Assembly: GCA_963815455.1 (NCBI GenBank)
Contig: CAWFGO010000005.1
Coordinates: forward strand, 1 to 64,000
DNA from: an uncultured Verrucomicrobiae bacterium
Lineage (GTDB): Bacteria > Verrucomicrobiota > Verrucomicrobiia > Chthoniobacterales > UBA10450
Reading direction: 5' to 3'
DNA: 64,000 nucleotides
The notes under the pieces were generated by a model. That model saw nothing but the letters and a program-made list of their open reading frames with translations. It did not search any database and was not told the DNA's origin. The translations under genes and the position numbers were made by a program. Numbering within the stretch: position 1 is the stretch's first letter; every line of letters starts with the position of its first letter. Positions 1-8,939 of this stretch are shown here, piece after piece.

Positions 1-584
1 TTATGCGCTGGAGGAAAGCATCGCCGAGTTCAGGGCAAAACCGTACCGGCAATTGGTGACGGTTGGTTGCCAAATCCTTACCGGAGTCAACGTGGAAGAA
101 GGCGAAGATCAGGCGTCTTATGCCGCGAAACGTCTGGTCTGGCTCGGTTTGGAGCAGGAATTTGTGCGGGCCGCTCCTTCACCGGTCAAATATCGCGATC
201 GAACCTATGCCTCGGCCGTGGCTCTGAAGCATTGGTTCGAAGACGAACAATCAATCGGTTAACGCGATCAATCTGGTCACGCTGGGGCCGCACGCCCGCC
301 GGAGCCGGTTGTTATTCGAAAAGGCTTTCCAGGGAAAAGTGCGCGTCGGGATCATCTCGATCGAGAACCGCGAGTACGACCCCGGTCGCTGGTGGCAATC
401 GAGCGAAGGAGTCAAGGAAACGATCAGCGAAGCTCTGGCCTACTGTTATGCGCGGTTGTTCTTCTATCCGACCGCGCAGCGTTGTAGTCAGTGCTCGTCA
501 GATTTCAGCAGAATCAGCGTCTCAGGTTATTCCGTCCGTAGTCATGTCAGCCGTCCGAGGTCATGGTTTTCATTGCACACATGA
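1..584 (+). CDS. YdcF/DUF218 (ElyC-like) family protein, 5'-truncated by window edge, apparent frameshift near 250
   Basis: Frame 1 ...[16 protein letters not shown] continues in another frame as [25 protein letters not shown]...[14 protein letters not shown], typical DUF218 motifs. Confidence 0.65.
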
Positions 585-1798
585 ACCGATTTGAAACTCT
601 CTCGGAACAGCTCCGGGCCTCACCCAAGATCTGGCTGGTCACCGGTGTGGCCGGTTTCATCGGGTCCAACTTGCTGGAGACATTGCTTCGGGCCGGGCAG
701 GAAGTGGTCGGGATCGACAATTTCGTTACCGGTAACCCGGCCAACCTGGCGGATGTAAGCCGACACGTGGACCCGGCGGCGTGGGAACGGTTCCGAATGA
801 TCGAGGGAGATATTTGCGACCCGGAAACCTGTCGCGATGCTTGTGCCGGCGTGGATTACGTTCTGCATCAGGCTGCGCTCGGATCGGTCCCGCGCTCGTT
901 AGCCGATCCGGTGGCGACAAATGAGAGCAATGTCAGCGGGTTCGTCAACATGCTTCACGCGGCAAACAAGGCCGGTGTGCGCCGGTTCGTTTTCGCCTCC
1001 AGCAGCTCGGTCTACGGCGATCATCCTGCTCTGCCCAAGGTTGAGGAACAGATTGGCAATTGCCTTTCGCCTTACGCCGTATCGAAACGGGTTAACGAAT
1101 TATACGCGGACGTTTTTTCCCGCTGTTACGGAATGGAGTGCATCGGGTTGCGTTACTTTAACGTGTTCGGTCCCCGGCAGGATCCAAACGGCGCTTATGC
1201 GGCGGTCATTCCCAAATGGATCGCCGCCATGATTGAAGGGGAGCCGGTGGAAATCAACGGCGACGGGGAGACCAGCCGCGATTTTTGCTACGTGGCCAAC
1301 GCGGTCCAGGCCAATCTCCTGGCGGCCACGGTCGAGAACAGTGAAGCCGTCAATAAGCTCTATAATATAGCGGTCGGCCAAAGGACGACGTTGAATCAGT
1401 TGTTCGAGCTGCTCCGGGAGCGATTATTGCCCGAGTTTCCCCAGCTCGCCGGCATCGAGCCGCACTATCGCGATTTCCGGCCCGGAGATGTGCGGCATTC
1501 TCATGCCGATATCAGCCGGGCCCGCGCGCTTCTGGGATACGAACCAACCCATCAGATCGAGGATGGCCTGGACGAAGCGCTGGAATGGTATGTGGCGAGG
1601 GCGAAGGGGGAGAAGGTGGGGGTTGGTAAAGCTCAAAAGCTGAAAACTGAAACGCTGACAGCTGAAATGAAAAAAAAGCGAAACAATGAGTCGATTGTCA
1701 GAGGATCTGCGGGAAAGGACCAAGCGATTCGCATCGGGGGTGATTCATCTCTACGTAGCGCTTCCGAAGCGGCGCAAAGAGGTCGACGTGTTGGGTAA
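581..1798 (+). CDS. wbpP: UDP-GlcNAc/GlcNAcA 4-epimerase (WbpP/TviC-like extended SDR); C-terminus runs into the repeat arm and next gene
   Basis: [17 protein letters not shown] site, SPYAVSK catalytic Yxxx[25 protein letters not shown]; similarity ends about EWY, then a long tail. Confidence 0.88.
   Translation: MNRFETLSEQLRASPKIWLVTGVAGFIGSNLLETLLRAGQEVVGIDNFVTGNPANLADVSRHVDPAAWERFRMIEGDICDPETCRDACAGVDYVLHQAALGSVPRSLADPVATNESNVSGFVNMLHAANKAGVRRFVFASSSSVYGDHPALPKVEEQIGNCLSPYAVSKRVNELYADVFSRCYGMECIGLRYFNVFGPRQDPNGAYAAVIPKWIAAMIEGEPVEINGDGETSRDFCYVANAVQANLLAATVENSEAVNKLYNIAVGQRTTLNQLFELLRERLLPEFPQLAGIEPHYRDFRPGDVRHSHADISRARALLGYEPTHQIEDGLDEALEWYVARAKGEKVGVGKAQKLKTETLTAEMKKKRNNESIVRGSAGKDQAIRIGGDSSLRSASEAAQRGRRVG
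1628..1667 (+). repeat. Left arm of four-helix-bundle cassette 1 (7-8-nt units, AAAGCTGA-like)
   Basis: aaagctca aaagctga aaactga aacgctga cagctga; reverse-complementary to 2061-2112. Confidence 0.85.
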
Positions 1799-2054
1799 TC
1801 AACTTCTCCGCTCTGGCACATCTGTCGCTGCGCATGCGCGTGAAGCGTCACGGGCACGCTCGGATGGTGAATTTTGTTCCAAGCTGGATGGGTTGCTCCA
1901 GGAAGCCGATGAGTCTCAGCTTTGGCTCGAGCTATTGCGGGACGATTGCGCGATTAGGGATCAGGCTCTTCCGAGTCTCCACGGTGAAGCAGACGAACTG
2001 CTCGCGATATTCAGCACGATGGTGGCAAAGGTGAGGCGCGATCCATCGGCCTAA
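1686..2054 (+). CDS. Four-helix-bundle protein (23S rRNA intervening-sequence protein / Avd-like) #1
   Basis: [10 protein letters not shown]...[46 protein letters not shown] family motif. Confidence 0.9.
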   Translation: MSRLSEDLRERTKRFASGVIHLYVALPKRRKEVDVLGNQLLRSGTSVAAHAREASRARSDGEFCSKLDGLLQEADESQLWLELLRDDCAIRDQALPSLHGEADELLAIFSTMVAKVRRDPSA

Positions 2055-2060
2055 GCTTCG

Positions 2061-2112
2061 TTTCAGCATGTCAGCGTTTCAGCTTTTCAGTTGTCAGTTT
2101 TTCGGGTGTCAG
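2061..2112 (+). repeat. Right arm of four-helix-bundle cassette 1 (TTTCAGCN units)
   Basis: tttcagca tgtcagcg tttcagct tttcagt tgtcagt; pairs with the left arm. Confidence 0.85.
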
Positions 2113-2117
2113 TAGTC

Positions 2118-3596
2118 ATGTCTTCTCCTCTTATCGCCATCGTCGGCCTGGGTTACGTTGGTCTTCCGCTGTCGATCCAGTTCGCCCGGTCGTGCACGAC
2201 CGTGGTCGGGATCGATGTCGATCCTCAAAAGGTCGAGCAACTCAACAAGGGAAAGAGTTATATCAAACATATCGACTCGGCCGATATCGCCGAGCTGGTG
2301 GAAACAGGGAAGTTTTATGCCACCACCGATTTTAGCCGGATCCGGGAGGTCGAGGCGGTGATTATTTGCGTGCCGACGCCGCTGAACAAGAATCGCGAGC
2401 CGGACTTGTCGTATGTCCTCGACACAGGGCGGGCGATCGCGCCGCACCTGAAATCTGCGGAACATGACAACAACACTCAACGCTCAACGCTCAACGCTCA
2501 ACGCTTGAAGAAGCTGGTCGTTCTAGAATCTACGACTTACCCGGGAACGACGGAGGACGAACTCCGAGCGGTATTGGAGGAGAATTCGCCCTACATCGAC
2601 GATACGACAACAAACAACAGACAACGGCCAACAGAGGACGGAGGACGGAAGACGGAACTCAGCGATCAGACGTCAGAGGTCAGTAGTCAGTCGTCGGTGG
2701 TCTGTGGTCCGACCCGGCGCCGCATGCGCGCCGGCCTGGATTTCCATCTGGCGTTTTCGCCGGAGCGGGAGGACCCGGGTAACGAATTGAGCAAGGTGAA
2801 ACGTATCCCCAAGGTAGTTGGCGGTTATACTCCCGCCTGTCTGGAACGGGCCGTGGCCCTCTACAGCCGGGCCATCGACACCATCGTCCCGGTGTCGTCG
2901 TGCCGAGCCGCCGAGGCGACCAAGCTCTTGGAAAACATTTTCCGCAGCGTGAACATCGCGCTGGTTAACGAGCTGAAGATCATCTACGGGGCGATGGGGA
3001 TCGACGTCTGGGAGGTGATCGAGGCGGCCAAGACCAAGCCGTTTGGGTTTATGCCATTTTATCCCGGGCCGGGTCTGGGAGGTCATTGCATACCAATCGA
3101 TCCGTTCTATCTCACTTGGAAAGCGCGGGAACACGGGCAGCATACCCGATTCATCGAGCTGGCGGGGGAGATTAATACCGCCATGCCCGAGCACGTTGTC
3201 CATCGGGTTTCGGACGCTCTCAACAATCAACGAAAAACCATCAACGGTTCCCGCATCCTGATTCTGGGCCTGGCCTACAAGCCGAATGTCGATGATGAAC
3301 GGGAATCACCCAGCTATGTGCTCATGAGACTCCTTTGCGAACGCGGCGCGGAGGTGGATTATCACGATCCCTACGTCCCCGAGATTAAACCGACCCGGGA
3401 ACATTCCCAGTTTGCCGGGAAAAAATCGGTTGCCTGGAACCGATTGACCATCGAAAGCTTCGATCTGGTTCTGATCGCCACGAATCATTCGTCAGTGAAT
3501 TATCAGGAGCTCGGCGACTGGGCCCAGTGCATCGTCGATACCCGCAACGCAATGGCAGGGATCGACGCGGCGAAGGGGAAGGTTTGGAAGGGGTAG
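2118..3596 (+). CDS. Nucleotide-sugar dehydrogenase (UDP-GlcNAc/ManNAc 6-dehydrogenase, WbpA-like) with two in-frame repeat insertions
   Basis: IVGLGYVGLPL, ICVPTPL, LESTTYPGTT, SPEREDPGN, GPGLGGHCIPIDP, GLAYKPNVDDERESP; ATG at 2118. Confidence 0.92.
   Translation: MSSPLIAIVGLGYVGLPLSIQFARSCTTVVGIDVDPQKVEQLNKGKSYIKHIDSADIAELVETGKFYATTDFSRIREVEAVIICVPTPLNKNREPDLSYVLDTGRAIAPHLKSAEHDNNTQRSTLNAQRLKKLVVLESTTYPGTTEDELRAVLEENSPYIDDTTTNNRQRPTEDGGRKTELSDQTSEVSSQSSVVCGPTRRRMRAGLDFHLAFSPEREDPGNELSKVKRIPKVVGGYTPACLERAVALYSRAIDTIVPVSSCRAAEATKLLENIFRSVNIALVNELKIIYGAMGIDVWEVIEAAKTKPFGFMPFYPGPGLGGHCIPIDPFYLTWKAREHGQHTRFIELAGEINTAMPEHVVHRVSDALNNQRKTINGSRILILGLAYKPNVDDERESPSYVLMRLLCERGAEVDYHDPYVPEIKPTREHSQFAGKKSVAWNRLTIESFDLVLIATNHSSVNYQELGDWAQCIVDTRNAMAGIDAAKGKVWKG
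2471..2505 (+). repeat. Heptamer array (CAACGCT)n, in frame in the dehydrogenase
   Basis: caacact caacgct caacgct caacgct caacgct, read as NTQRSTLNAQRL. Confidence 0.85.
2600..2712 (+). repeat. Composite heptamer-repeat insertion, in frame in the dehydrogenase
   Basis: acaacaa acaacag acaacgg / aggacgg aggacgg aagacgg / agcgatc agacgtc agaggtc agtagtc / ggtggtc tgtggtc. Confidence 0.8.
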
Positions 3597-3609
3597 CGCA
3601 CGCTAGGCG

Positions 3610-3650
3610 CGGAAGACGGAAGACGGAAGACCGAGGACGGATGACGGGTA
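3610..3650 (+). repeat. Left arm of four-helix-bundle cassette 2 (CGGAAGA units)
   Basis: cggaaga cggaaga cggaaga ccgagga cggatga. Confidence 0.85.
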
Positions 3651-3684
3651 GCGTGACCGCAACAATGGACTGGGAAGGGTAAGC

Positions 3685-4083
3685 ATGGCCGAGAGAATAC
3701 TGAGTTTTAGAGATTTGCGGATTTACAAACTAGCCTTTGCCCTTCAGCAGGAAATCTTCGAAATTTCCAAACGATTTCCAGTGGAAGAGCGATATGCTCT
3801 TACGGATCAGATTCGGAGAGCATCACGATCAACCGGAGCTAATATATCGGAAGCTTGGCAGAAGCGGCGATATGTCGCCCACTTCGTGAGCAAGCTGACG
3901 GACGCGGACGGCGAGCAAGCAGAAAGTCAGCATTGGATAGGTTGTTCTCTGGCTTGCCGATACATCTCTGAATCAGAACATGAAGCCTTGCTGCAAAAGT
4001 GTTTCAGGATTGGTCAGATGCTCGGAGCAATGATGGCTGATCCCGATAAGTGGTGTCACAGAGAATACGAAGATCGTAAATAG
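3685..4083 (+). CDS. Four-helix-bundle protein #2
   Basis: FRDLRIYKLAF...FPVEERYALTDQIRRASRSTGANISEAWQKRRYVAHFVSKLTDADGE. Confidence 0.92.
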   Translation: MAERILSFRDLRIYKLAFALQQEIFEISKRFPVEERYALTDQIRRASRSTGANISEAWQKRRYVAHFVSKLTDADGEQAESQHWIGCSLACRYISESEHEALLQKCFRIGQMLGAMMADPDKWCHREYEDRK

Positions 4084-4122
4084 CCAACTAAGCAAACACA
4101 TGGGGAAACGTCAGCTCTCCAT

Positions 4123-4153
4123 TCGGTCGTCGGTCCTCAGTCGTCAGCCCTCA
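4123..4153 (+). repeat. Right arm of four-helix-bundle cassette 2 (TCGGTCS / TCAGTCG units)
   Basis: tcggtcg tcggtcc tcagtcg tcagccc; imperfect complement of 3610-3650. Confidence 0.75.
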
Positions 4154-4160
4154 ATCAATT

Positions 4161-5156
4161 ATGCCCCCTCCTCCTAACGAAAGCGCGGTCCCAGCCGGGG
4201 AACTGCCGACATCAACGTCTCCGTCCGCAACATTTTCCCTTCGCGGGCGTGTGGCCGGTTTTGCTGTCTGCGCCGCTTTGCTGATTGCGGCCTTTATAAA
4301 ACCGCTGATCGGCCTCGTTCTTCACGCTGCCCACAGTGAATTACATTCCCACATTCTGCTGGTACCGTTTGTAACGGCTTATCTCCTCTGGATTCGACGT
4401 GAAGAATTGCCGCGCACATTTAGCTCGTCGCCGGGCTGGGCTTTGCTGGCCGCACTCTTCGGCGGCGCCAGCTTGATGGCAGCGGTTTTGAGCCATGGCT
4501 TGAGTTACAATGATCATCTTGCCCTCCTGATGCTTGCCTTTCTCGGGTTCCTCGTTGCCCTCGGTTTTCTTTTTCTGGGACGCGCCTGGATGTGGTCGGC
4601 CGCTTTCCCGGTTTTCTTTCTCATTTTCATCGTCCCGATGCCTGATGGAATGGCCGATAATCTCGAGACAGCTTCAAAACTGGCTTCCACGGAAGCAGCC
4701 AACCTCTTCTTCATTATCAGCGGAACGCCAAACATTCGGGATGGCACTACGTTCCAGTTGCCTAACATCGCCATCCAGGTAGGCCAGCAATGCAGCGGAA
4801 TCCGCTCCAGTTGGGTCCTGGTCATCACCAGTTTGCTGGCCAGCAACCTGTTTCTCACCAGTAACTGGCGCCGGGCGGTCTTGGTTGCGTTCGTGTTTCC
4901 ACTGGGAATCATCCGGAACGGTTTTCGGGTATTTGTGATCGGGACCCTGTGTATTCATTTCGGCCCCCAAATGATCCACAGTATCATTCACCATAAGGGC
5001 GGTCCGCTTTTCTTCGCTCTGTCGTTGATTCCCCTGTTCCTGCTCCTTTGGTGGCTGAGGCGGGGAGACGACCGACAGGTCGCCAGCGATAAGAGGTCAG
5101 AGATCAGCGGTCAGAAGTCAGCGGTCAGCGGTCCGTATTCTTCACAAAGGCCTTAG
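4161..5156 (+). CDS. Exosortase (probably the VPDSG-CTERM-type, XrtC-like)
   Basis: Multi-TM protein with HSHILLVP, catalytic Cys in QQCSGIRS, RNGFR and HHKGG; VPDSG/VPEGG targets nearby. Confidence 0.88.
   Translation: MPPPPNESAVPAGELPTSTSPSATFSLRGRVAGFAVCAALLIAAFIKPLIGLVLHAAHSELHSHILLVPFVTAYLLWIRREELPRTFSSSPGWALLAALFGGASLMAAVLSHGLSYNDHLALLMLAFLGFLVALGFLFLGRAWMWSAAFPVFFLIFIVPMPDGMADNLETASKLASTEAANLFFIISGTPNIRDGTTFQLPNIAIQVGQQCSGIRSSWVLVITSLLASNLFLTSNWRRAVLVAFVFPLGIIRNGFRVFVIGTLCIHFGPQMIHSIIHHKGGPLFFALSLIPLFLLLWWLRRGDDRQVASDKRSEISGQKSAVSGPYSSQRP
5092..5133 (+). repeat. Left arm of four-helix-bundle cassette 3 (AGCGGTC / AGAGATC units)
   Basis: agaggtc agagatc agcggtc agaagtc agcggtc agcggtc; 5099-5115 is a perfect 17-bp inverted match to 5548-5564. 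Confidence 0.9.
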
Positions 5157-5508
5157 GTTCCCTGATCAACTTGCCGAGAATTGCCCCAATCTCATACTGT
5201 TGCTGGGACAATCTGCTGTGCTCGTCCTTTGACAAGTATTGGCAATCCAGAGCAAAATCGAGCCAGGCTTGGGTTTCGCTATTTTCGCCGTCTGCATCGG
5301 TGAGTTTGCTTACAAAGTGGGCTTCGTAACGCCGCTTCGACCATGCTTCGCGGATATTCGTGCACACCGATCGAGAAGAGCGCCTGATTTGATCAGTCAG
5401 CGAGTACTTCTCCTCTGTTGGAAAGTTTTTGCTTAATTCAAAAACGCGCATGGCTAATGCATACGCTTTTTGATACAGAATAAGATCCTTGGGCGACTTA
5501 ATTTGCAT
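5125..5508 (-). CDS. Four-helix-bundle protein #3, antisense to the operon
   Basis: MQIKSPKDLILYQKAY...FPTEEKYSLTDQIRRSSRSVCTNIREAWSKRRYEAHFVSKLTDADGE; ATG at 5508, 127 aa. Confidence 0.92.
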   Translation of the reverse strand: MQIKSPKDLILYQKAYALAMRVFELSKNFPTEEKYSLTDQIRRSSRSVCTNIREAWSKRRYEAHFVSKLTDADGENSETQAWLDFALDCQYLSKDEHSRLSQQQYEIGAILGKLIREPKAFVKNTDR

Positions 5509-5530
5509 TGGTAATACAGTATTGTGAAAA

Positions 5531-5565
5531 ATATCTGATATCTGATCTCTGACCGCTGATCTCTT
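5531..5565 (+). repeat. Right arm of four-helix-bundle cassette 3
   Basis: atatct gatatct gatctct gaccgct gatctct. Confidence 0.9.
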
Positions 5566-5590
5566 CATATCTATCCAGTTGAAAACCTCC

Positions 5591-6232
5591 ATGAAATTCC
5601 GCCAGGGTATCGCCCTCGCATTAGTTATTTCACTCGCCGCGCTACCTGGCTGCAAGAGCAGCGACGAAATGATGACAGGCGGTGAATCGACTACGGATTC
5701 GACTCCGGCGCCGGTAACGGCCGCCGGGCCAATTACCGCGTCAACTCCGGTAAAACTCTCGGCCGGCGATGTGATCAAGCTGACCTTTTCAGGTGCGAGC
5801 GAATTAAATCAGTCCCAGAAGATCAAGGCCGATGGCAAGGTAAACCTGCCGTTGATTGGAGAGGTGGAGGCTTCGGGGAAAACCCTGGTTGATTTCCAAA
5901 AGGAACTGATCGGTCTCTACAAATCGCAACTCCGAAACAGCGAGGTTTTGGTCACGTTGGAAAGCGGGATAGCGAATGTTATCCTTTCCGGTTACATCCA
6001 TAAACCAGGCAAGCTTTCCTTTGACCGACCGACGACGGTTTTCCAGGCAATCATGGAAGCAGGCGGCGCGACCGAGTATGGGAACCTGAGCAAGGTCCGG
6101 CTGGTCCGGACCGTTGATGGGCAACAAAAAACTCAGATTCTCAATCTGCGACCAGCCATCAAGAAGGAATCCGCCCCGGTCGATTACGTTAAGGACGGCG
6201 ACGTAATTTATATCCCGCAAAGACTATTCTAG
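5591..6232 (+). CDS. Polysaccharide export lipoprotein (Wza/Poly_export + SLBB)
   Basis: Lipobox LPGC, LSAGDVIKLTF, DGKVNLPLIGEVEASGKT, AIMEAGG, KDGDVIYIP. Confidence 0.88.
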   Translation: MKFRQGIALALVISLAALPGCKSSDEMMTGGESTTDSTPAPVTAAGPITASTPVKLSAGDVIKLTFSGASELNQSQKIKADGKVNLPLIGEVEASGKTLVDFQKELIGLYKSQLRNSEVLVTLESGIANVILSGYIHKPGKLSFDRPTTVFQAIMEAGGATEYGNLSKVRLVRTVDGQQKTQILNLRPAIKKESAPVDYVKDGDVIYIPQRLF

Positions 6233-6328
6233 TGCCCCGCAGGCGGGCCGGCCCGCCATGGATGGACTCGCCGCGGGAAGCGGCGCTCGAACAACTTGGC
6301 TTCGATCAGAGAAACGAAAGCCGAACGA

Positions 6329-7612
6329 ATGATGCAGATGCAGGCTAACACGCAGTCGCGATCGGGACCGATCACGGTGGGCCTGCTTTTCGCTTTGTTC
6401 CTTTTGCCAATATTTGTTCAACCAACCGGGGCTCGAGCCCAGGGACTTGCGCCGGAGGGAATCAGCCAGGAACAGAGCTCTACGGAGGAAGACGCTTCGG
6501 CTCCGACTCTGCAGCCTCCGCCCTTCCATATCACGGCCAACGTGCAAGGCGGATACGACGACAATTCCGGCGGATCGGCGGGCGGGGGGGGATCATCATT
6601 TGTTCATGGAGGATTGACCCTGTCCTATGAACTGCCGGGCGAACGGCCGCATCTTGGAATGAGCGCCGGCGCCAGTCTGGCGTATTATCCGGACAGCTCC
6701 GCTCGAAGCACGAGCGTAAACACCTACCTGAACCTGTCTCTCGGTTACCCTGTCTCCACCCGTCTGAGCCTCGGCGGAAGTATCAATGTCGCCTATCAAA
6801 CCGAGCCGGATTTCAGCTCGGATGTGGGCGTGGAAAATCGCCGGGCTAACTTCGTGCACATGAGCGGCTCGGTCTCGGCGACTTATAATTGGTACGAGCG
6901 GTTGTCCACCGTCACCAGCGGTTCCCTCCGCCTGGTGCGCTACGACAGCTCGTCCATCGGACTTTCCCAGGACCGAACCGAGGAATCCATTGGGCAGCAA
7001 TTTCGGTTTAATCTGGCAGACGAGGATAATGTCCTGGTGGCGGATTATCACTTCCAGATTGTGGATTACGACAGTTTCCCGCGCGATTCCACGACCCATA
7101 CTGTTCTGGGCGGTATCGATCATGGGTTCACCGAGCAACTGAAGGGCACGGCCCGGGCGGGGGCGACATTCCGTTCCTATAACGGTGGGAGCGATCGGAC
7201 CGATCCACATTTCGAGAGCTCGCTAAATTACTCCGGCGCTCACAACTCCTCGTTGAGCTGGACTGCTCGCTACGGCATTGAGGAACCGAATGCGACCAGC
7301 GCTCAATCTCGAACCACCTTTCGAACCGGCTTGGCGCTTGGCTACGGCGTGACCGCCCGGATTTCCGCCAGTCTGACCGGCTATTATCATCATGACGAAA
7401 ACCACGGATTCAGTTCGGGAGTCATTTTCCCCGCCCAACCCAGCCCGGGTTTTTCCGAAGACGCCATTGATGTCTCAGTCGGCGCGCATTACACGATCAA
7501 CACTCGATTCAGCTGCAGCGTCAATTATCACCGCTCCGAGATTATTTCCGGACGGGCCGGTCGCGAATATGGCCGAAATCGTTATTCGGCCGGCCTAACG
7601 TTCACCTATTAG
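6329..7612 (+). CDS. Outer-membrane beta-barrel protein of the EPS/PEP-CTERM locus (start uncertain)
   Basis: Signal peptide, GYDDN, alternating amphipathic strands, C-terminal GLTFTY. Confidence 0.78.
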   Translation: MMQMQANTQSRSGPITVGLLFALFLLPIFVQPTGARAQGLAPEGISQEQSSTEEDASAPTLQPPPFHITANVQGGYDDNSGGSAGGGGSSFVHGGLTLSYELPGERPHLGMSAGASLAYYPDSSARSTSVNTYLNLSLGYPVSTRLSLGGSINVAYQTEPDFSSDVGVENRRANFVHMSGSVSATYNWYERLSTVTSGSLRLVRYDSSSIGLSQDRTEESIGQQFRFNLADEDNVLVADYHFQIVDYDSFPRDSTTHTVLGGIDHGFTEQLKGTARAGATFRSYNGGSDRTDPHFESSLNYSGAHNSSLSWTARYGIEEPNATSAQSRTTFRTGLALGYGVTARISASLTGYYHHDENHGFSSGVIFPAQPSPGFSEDAIDVSVGAHYTINTRFSCSVNYHRSEIISGRAGREYGRNRYSAGLTFTY

Positions 7613-7627
7613 CAAAGAAAGGCCAGA

Positions 7628-7697
7628 GGCTGAAAAGCTGACAAACTGACACGCTGATCCGAATGTCAGCTTTTCAGCTGTCAGTTTGTCAGTTGTC
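7628..7697 (+). repeat. Gene-less inverted-repeat pair of the cassette-1 family
   Basis: gctgaaaa gctgacaa actgacac gctga - short spacer - tgtcagct tttcagc tgtcagt ttgtcagt. Confidence 0.85.
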
Positions 7698-7762
7698 CCG
7701 TGGTCCCGTGGTCTGTGGTCTGTGGTCTGTGGTCTGTGGTCCGTGGTCTGTAGTCCCGTAAT
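7697..7762 (+). repeat. (CTGTGGT)n array, complement of the cassette-4 GACCACA family
   Basis: cccgtggt cccgtggt ctgtggt x4 ccgtggt ctgtagt. Confidence 0.9.
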
Positions 7763-7767
7763 CCCCA

Positions 7768-8910
7768 CTATTTCTTCATGGAAATGTTAGCGATCTTTGG
7801 CGAAGAAGTGGCATAGCCGCTGCCCGCAGTGAGAGTCATGGTAGCTGTCTTGGTCTGGTTCGGACCTTTGATGACTGTCAGCGTAACCGTGGCCGAGCTG
7901 GCTCCGGCCGGGATGGTAACCTGTCGCGTTGGCCCGCTCAGAGTATAATGTGTTCCCAATTTGGCGGTGCCGCTCATGCTGTAGTTGATCGTCAGCGGGC
8001 TGCTTGGACTTACCGACGCAGTGATTGTGTAGTTCGCGCTTTGACCTGTTTTCACCTTGGCTGAGGGTGCAGTGACGCTGACGGCCGGCGTGGAAGTCGG
8101 AGTTGGAGTGGGCGTTGGGGTGGCGGTTGGTGACGGGCTGGGCGTTGGTGTAGGCGTTGGGCTCGGCGAAGGTGAAGGCGTTGGCGTCGGAGTCGGTGAC
8201 GGAGCGGACGCACTAATCGTGACCGTGGCGCTCTTGGCCGACGACAGGGTGTAGCCGCTCCCCGTCGAGAGAGTCATGGTGGCGGTCTTGGGATTATTGG
8301 GGGTTTTGATGGCAGTGAGAGTGACCGTGGCGGAGCTGGCTCCGGCCGGGATGGTAACCTGTCGGGTTGGCCCGCTCAGAGTATAGTGCGTTCCCAAAAT
8401 GGCCGTACCGCTCATGGTATAACCAATCGTGACCGCGGCATTCGGGTTTATTACCGACGCGGTGACGGTGTAGGTGGAGGTTTGCGTTGCTTGCACCGTG
8501 GTTGGGGAGGCCGCGATTGAGATAATGGGCGTAGGAACTGGGGTCGCTGACGGTGTTGGGGAAGGCGTGGCGGTCGGGCTTGGAGTGGGAGTGGGCGAGC
8601 CACCCGGGGCGGTATAGGAAACCTCGTTCGAAGGCGGGCTTTCGACGATATCCGTGTTGTATGCGGTTACGGCAAAGAAATAGGTGTGGCCCGGAACAAG
8701 GTTTGAAACGAGCGTTGTGGTGTTCGATCCAACCTCGATCGTTTGGGTATAAACGCCGCTATTCACGCCTGAATAGAGGCGGTAGCCGGCAATATCTGGC
8801 TCGGGGTTAGGGTCCCAGGCTAGAGTGACCTCTGCGGCGTGCGTCGCCCGGGCTGCCAAGGAGATAGCCAAAGCCATGGCGAGCGAAAAACGGGTAAGGC
8901 GATGCTTCAT
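7768..8910 (-). CDS. Secreted fibronectin type III protein with Pro/Thr linkers and two duplicated Calx-beta-like domains
   Basis: MKHRLTRF signal peptide; [19 protein letters not shown]...[10 protein letters not shown]; duplicated [36 protein letters not shown]. Confidence 0.82.
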   Translation of the reverse strand: MKHRLTRFSLAMALAISLAARATHAAEVTLAWDPNPEPDIAGYRLYSGVNSGVYTQTIEVGSNTTTLVSNLVPGHTYFFAVTAYNTDIVESPPSNEVSYTAPGGSPTPTPSPTATPSPTPSATPVPTPIISIAASPTTVQATQTSTYTVTASVINPNAAVTIGYTMSGTAILGTHYTLSGPTRQVTIPAGASSATVTLTAIKTPNNPKTATMTLSTGSGYTLSSAKSATVTISASAPSPTPTPTPSPSPSPTPTPTPSPSPTATPTPTPTPTSTPAVSVTAPSAKVKTGQSANYTITASVSPSSPLTINYSMSGTAKLGTHYTLSGPTRQVTIPAGASSATVTLTVIKGPNQTKTATMTLTAGSGYATSSPKIANISMKK

Positions 8911-8939
8911 GTTATAAATATGACTACTATGACAATTAT

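Noticed and set aside
1686..5508. Actual 23S rRNA intervening sequences
   Set aside because: No rRNA sequence flanks the FHB genes; the hosts are protein-coding operons
7697..7762. CRISPR array
   Set aside because: Contiguous 7-8-nt units without unique spacers; no cas genes
8090..8210. Pro-Thr repeat as a DNA repeat element
   Set aside because: Codons vary freely; ordinary low-complexity protein linker
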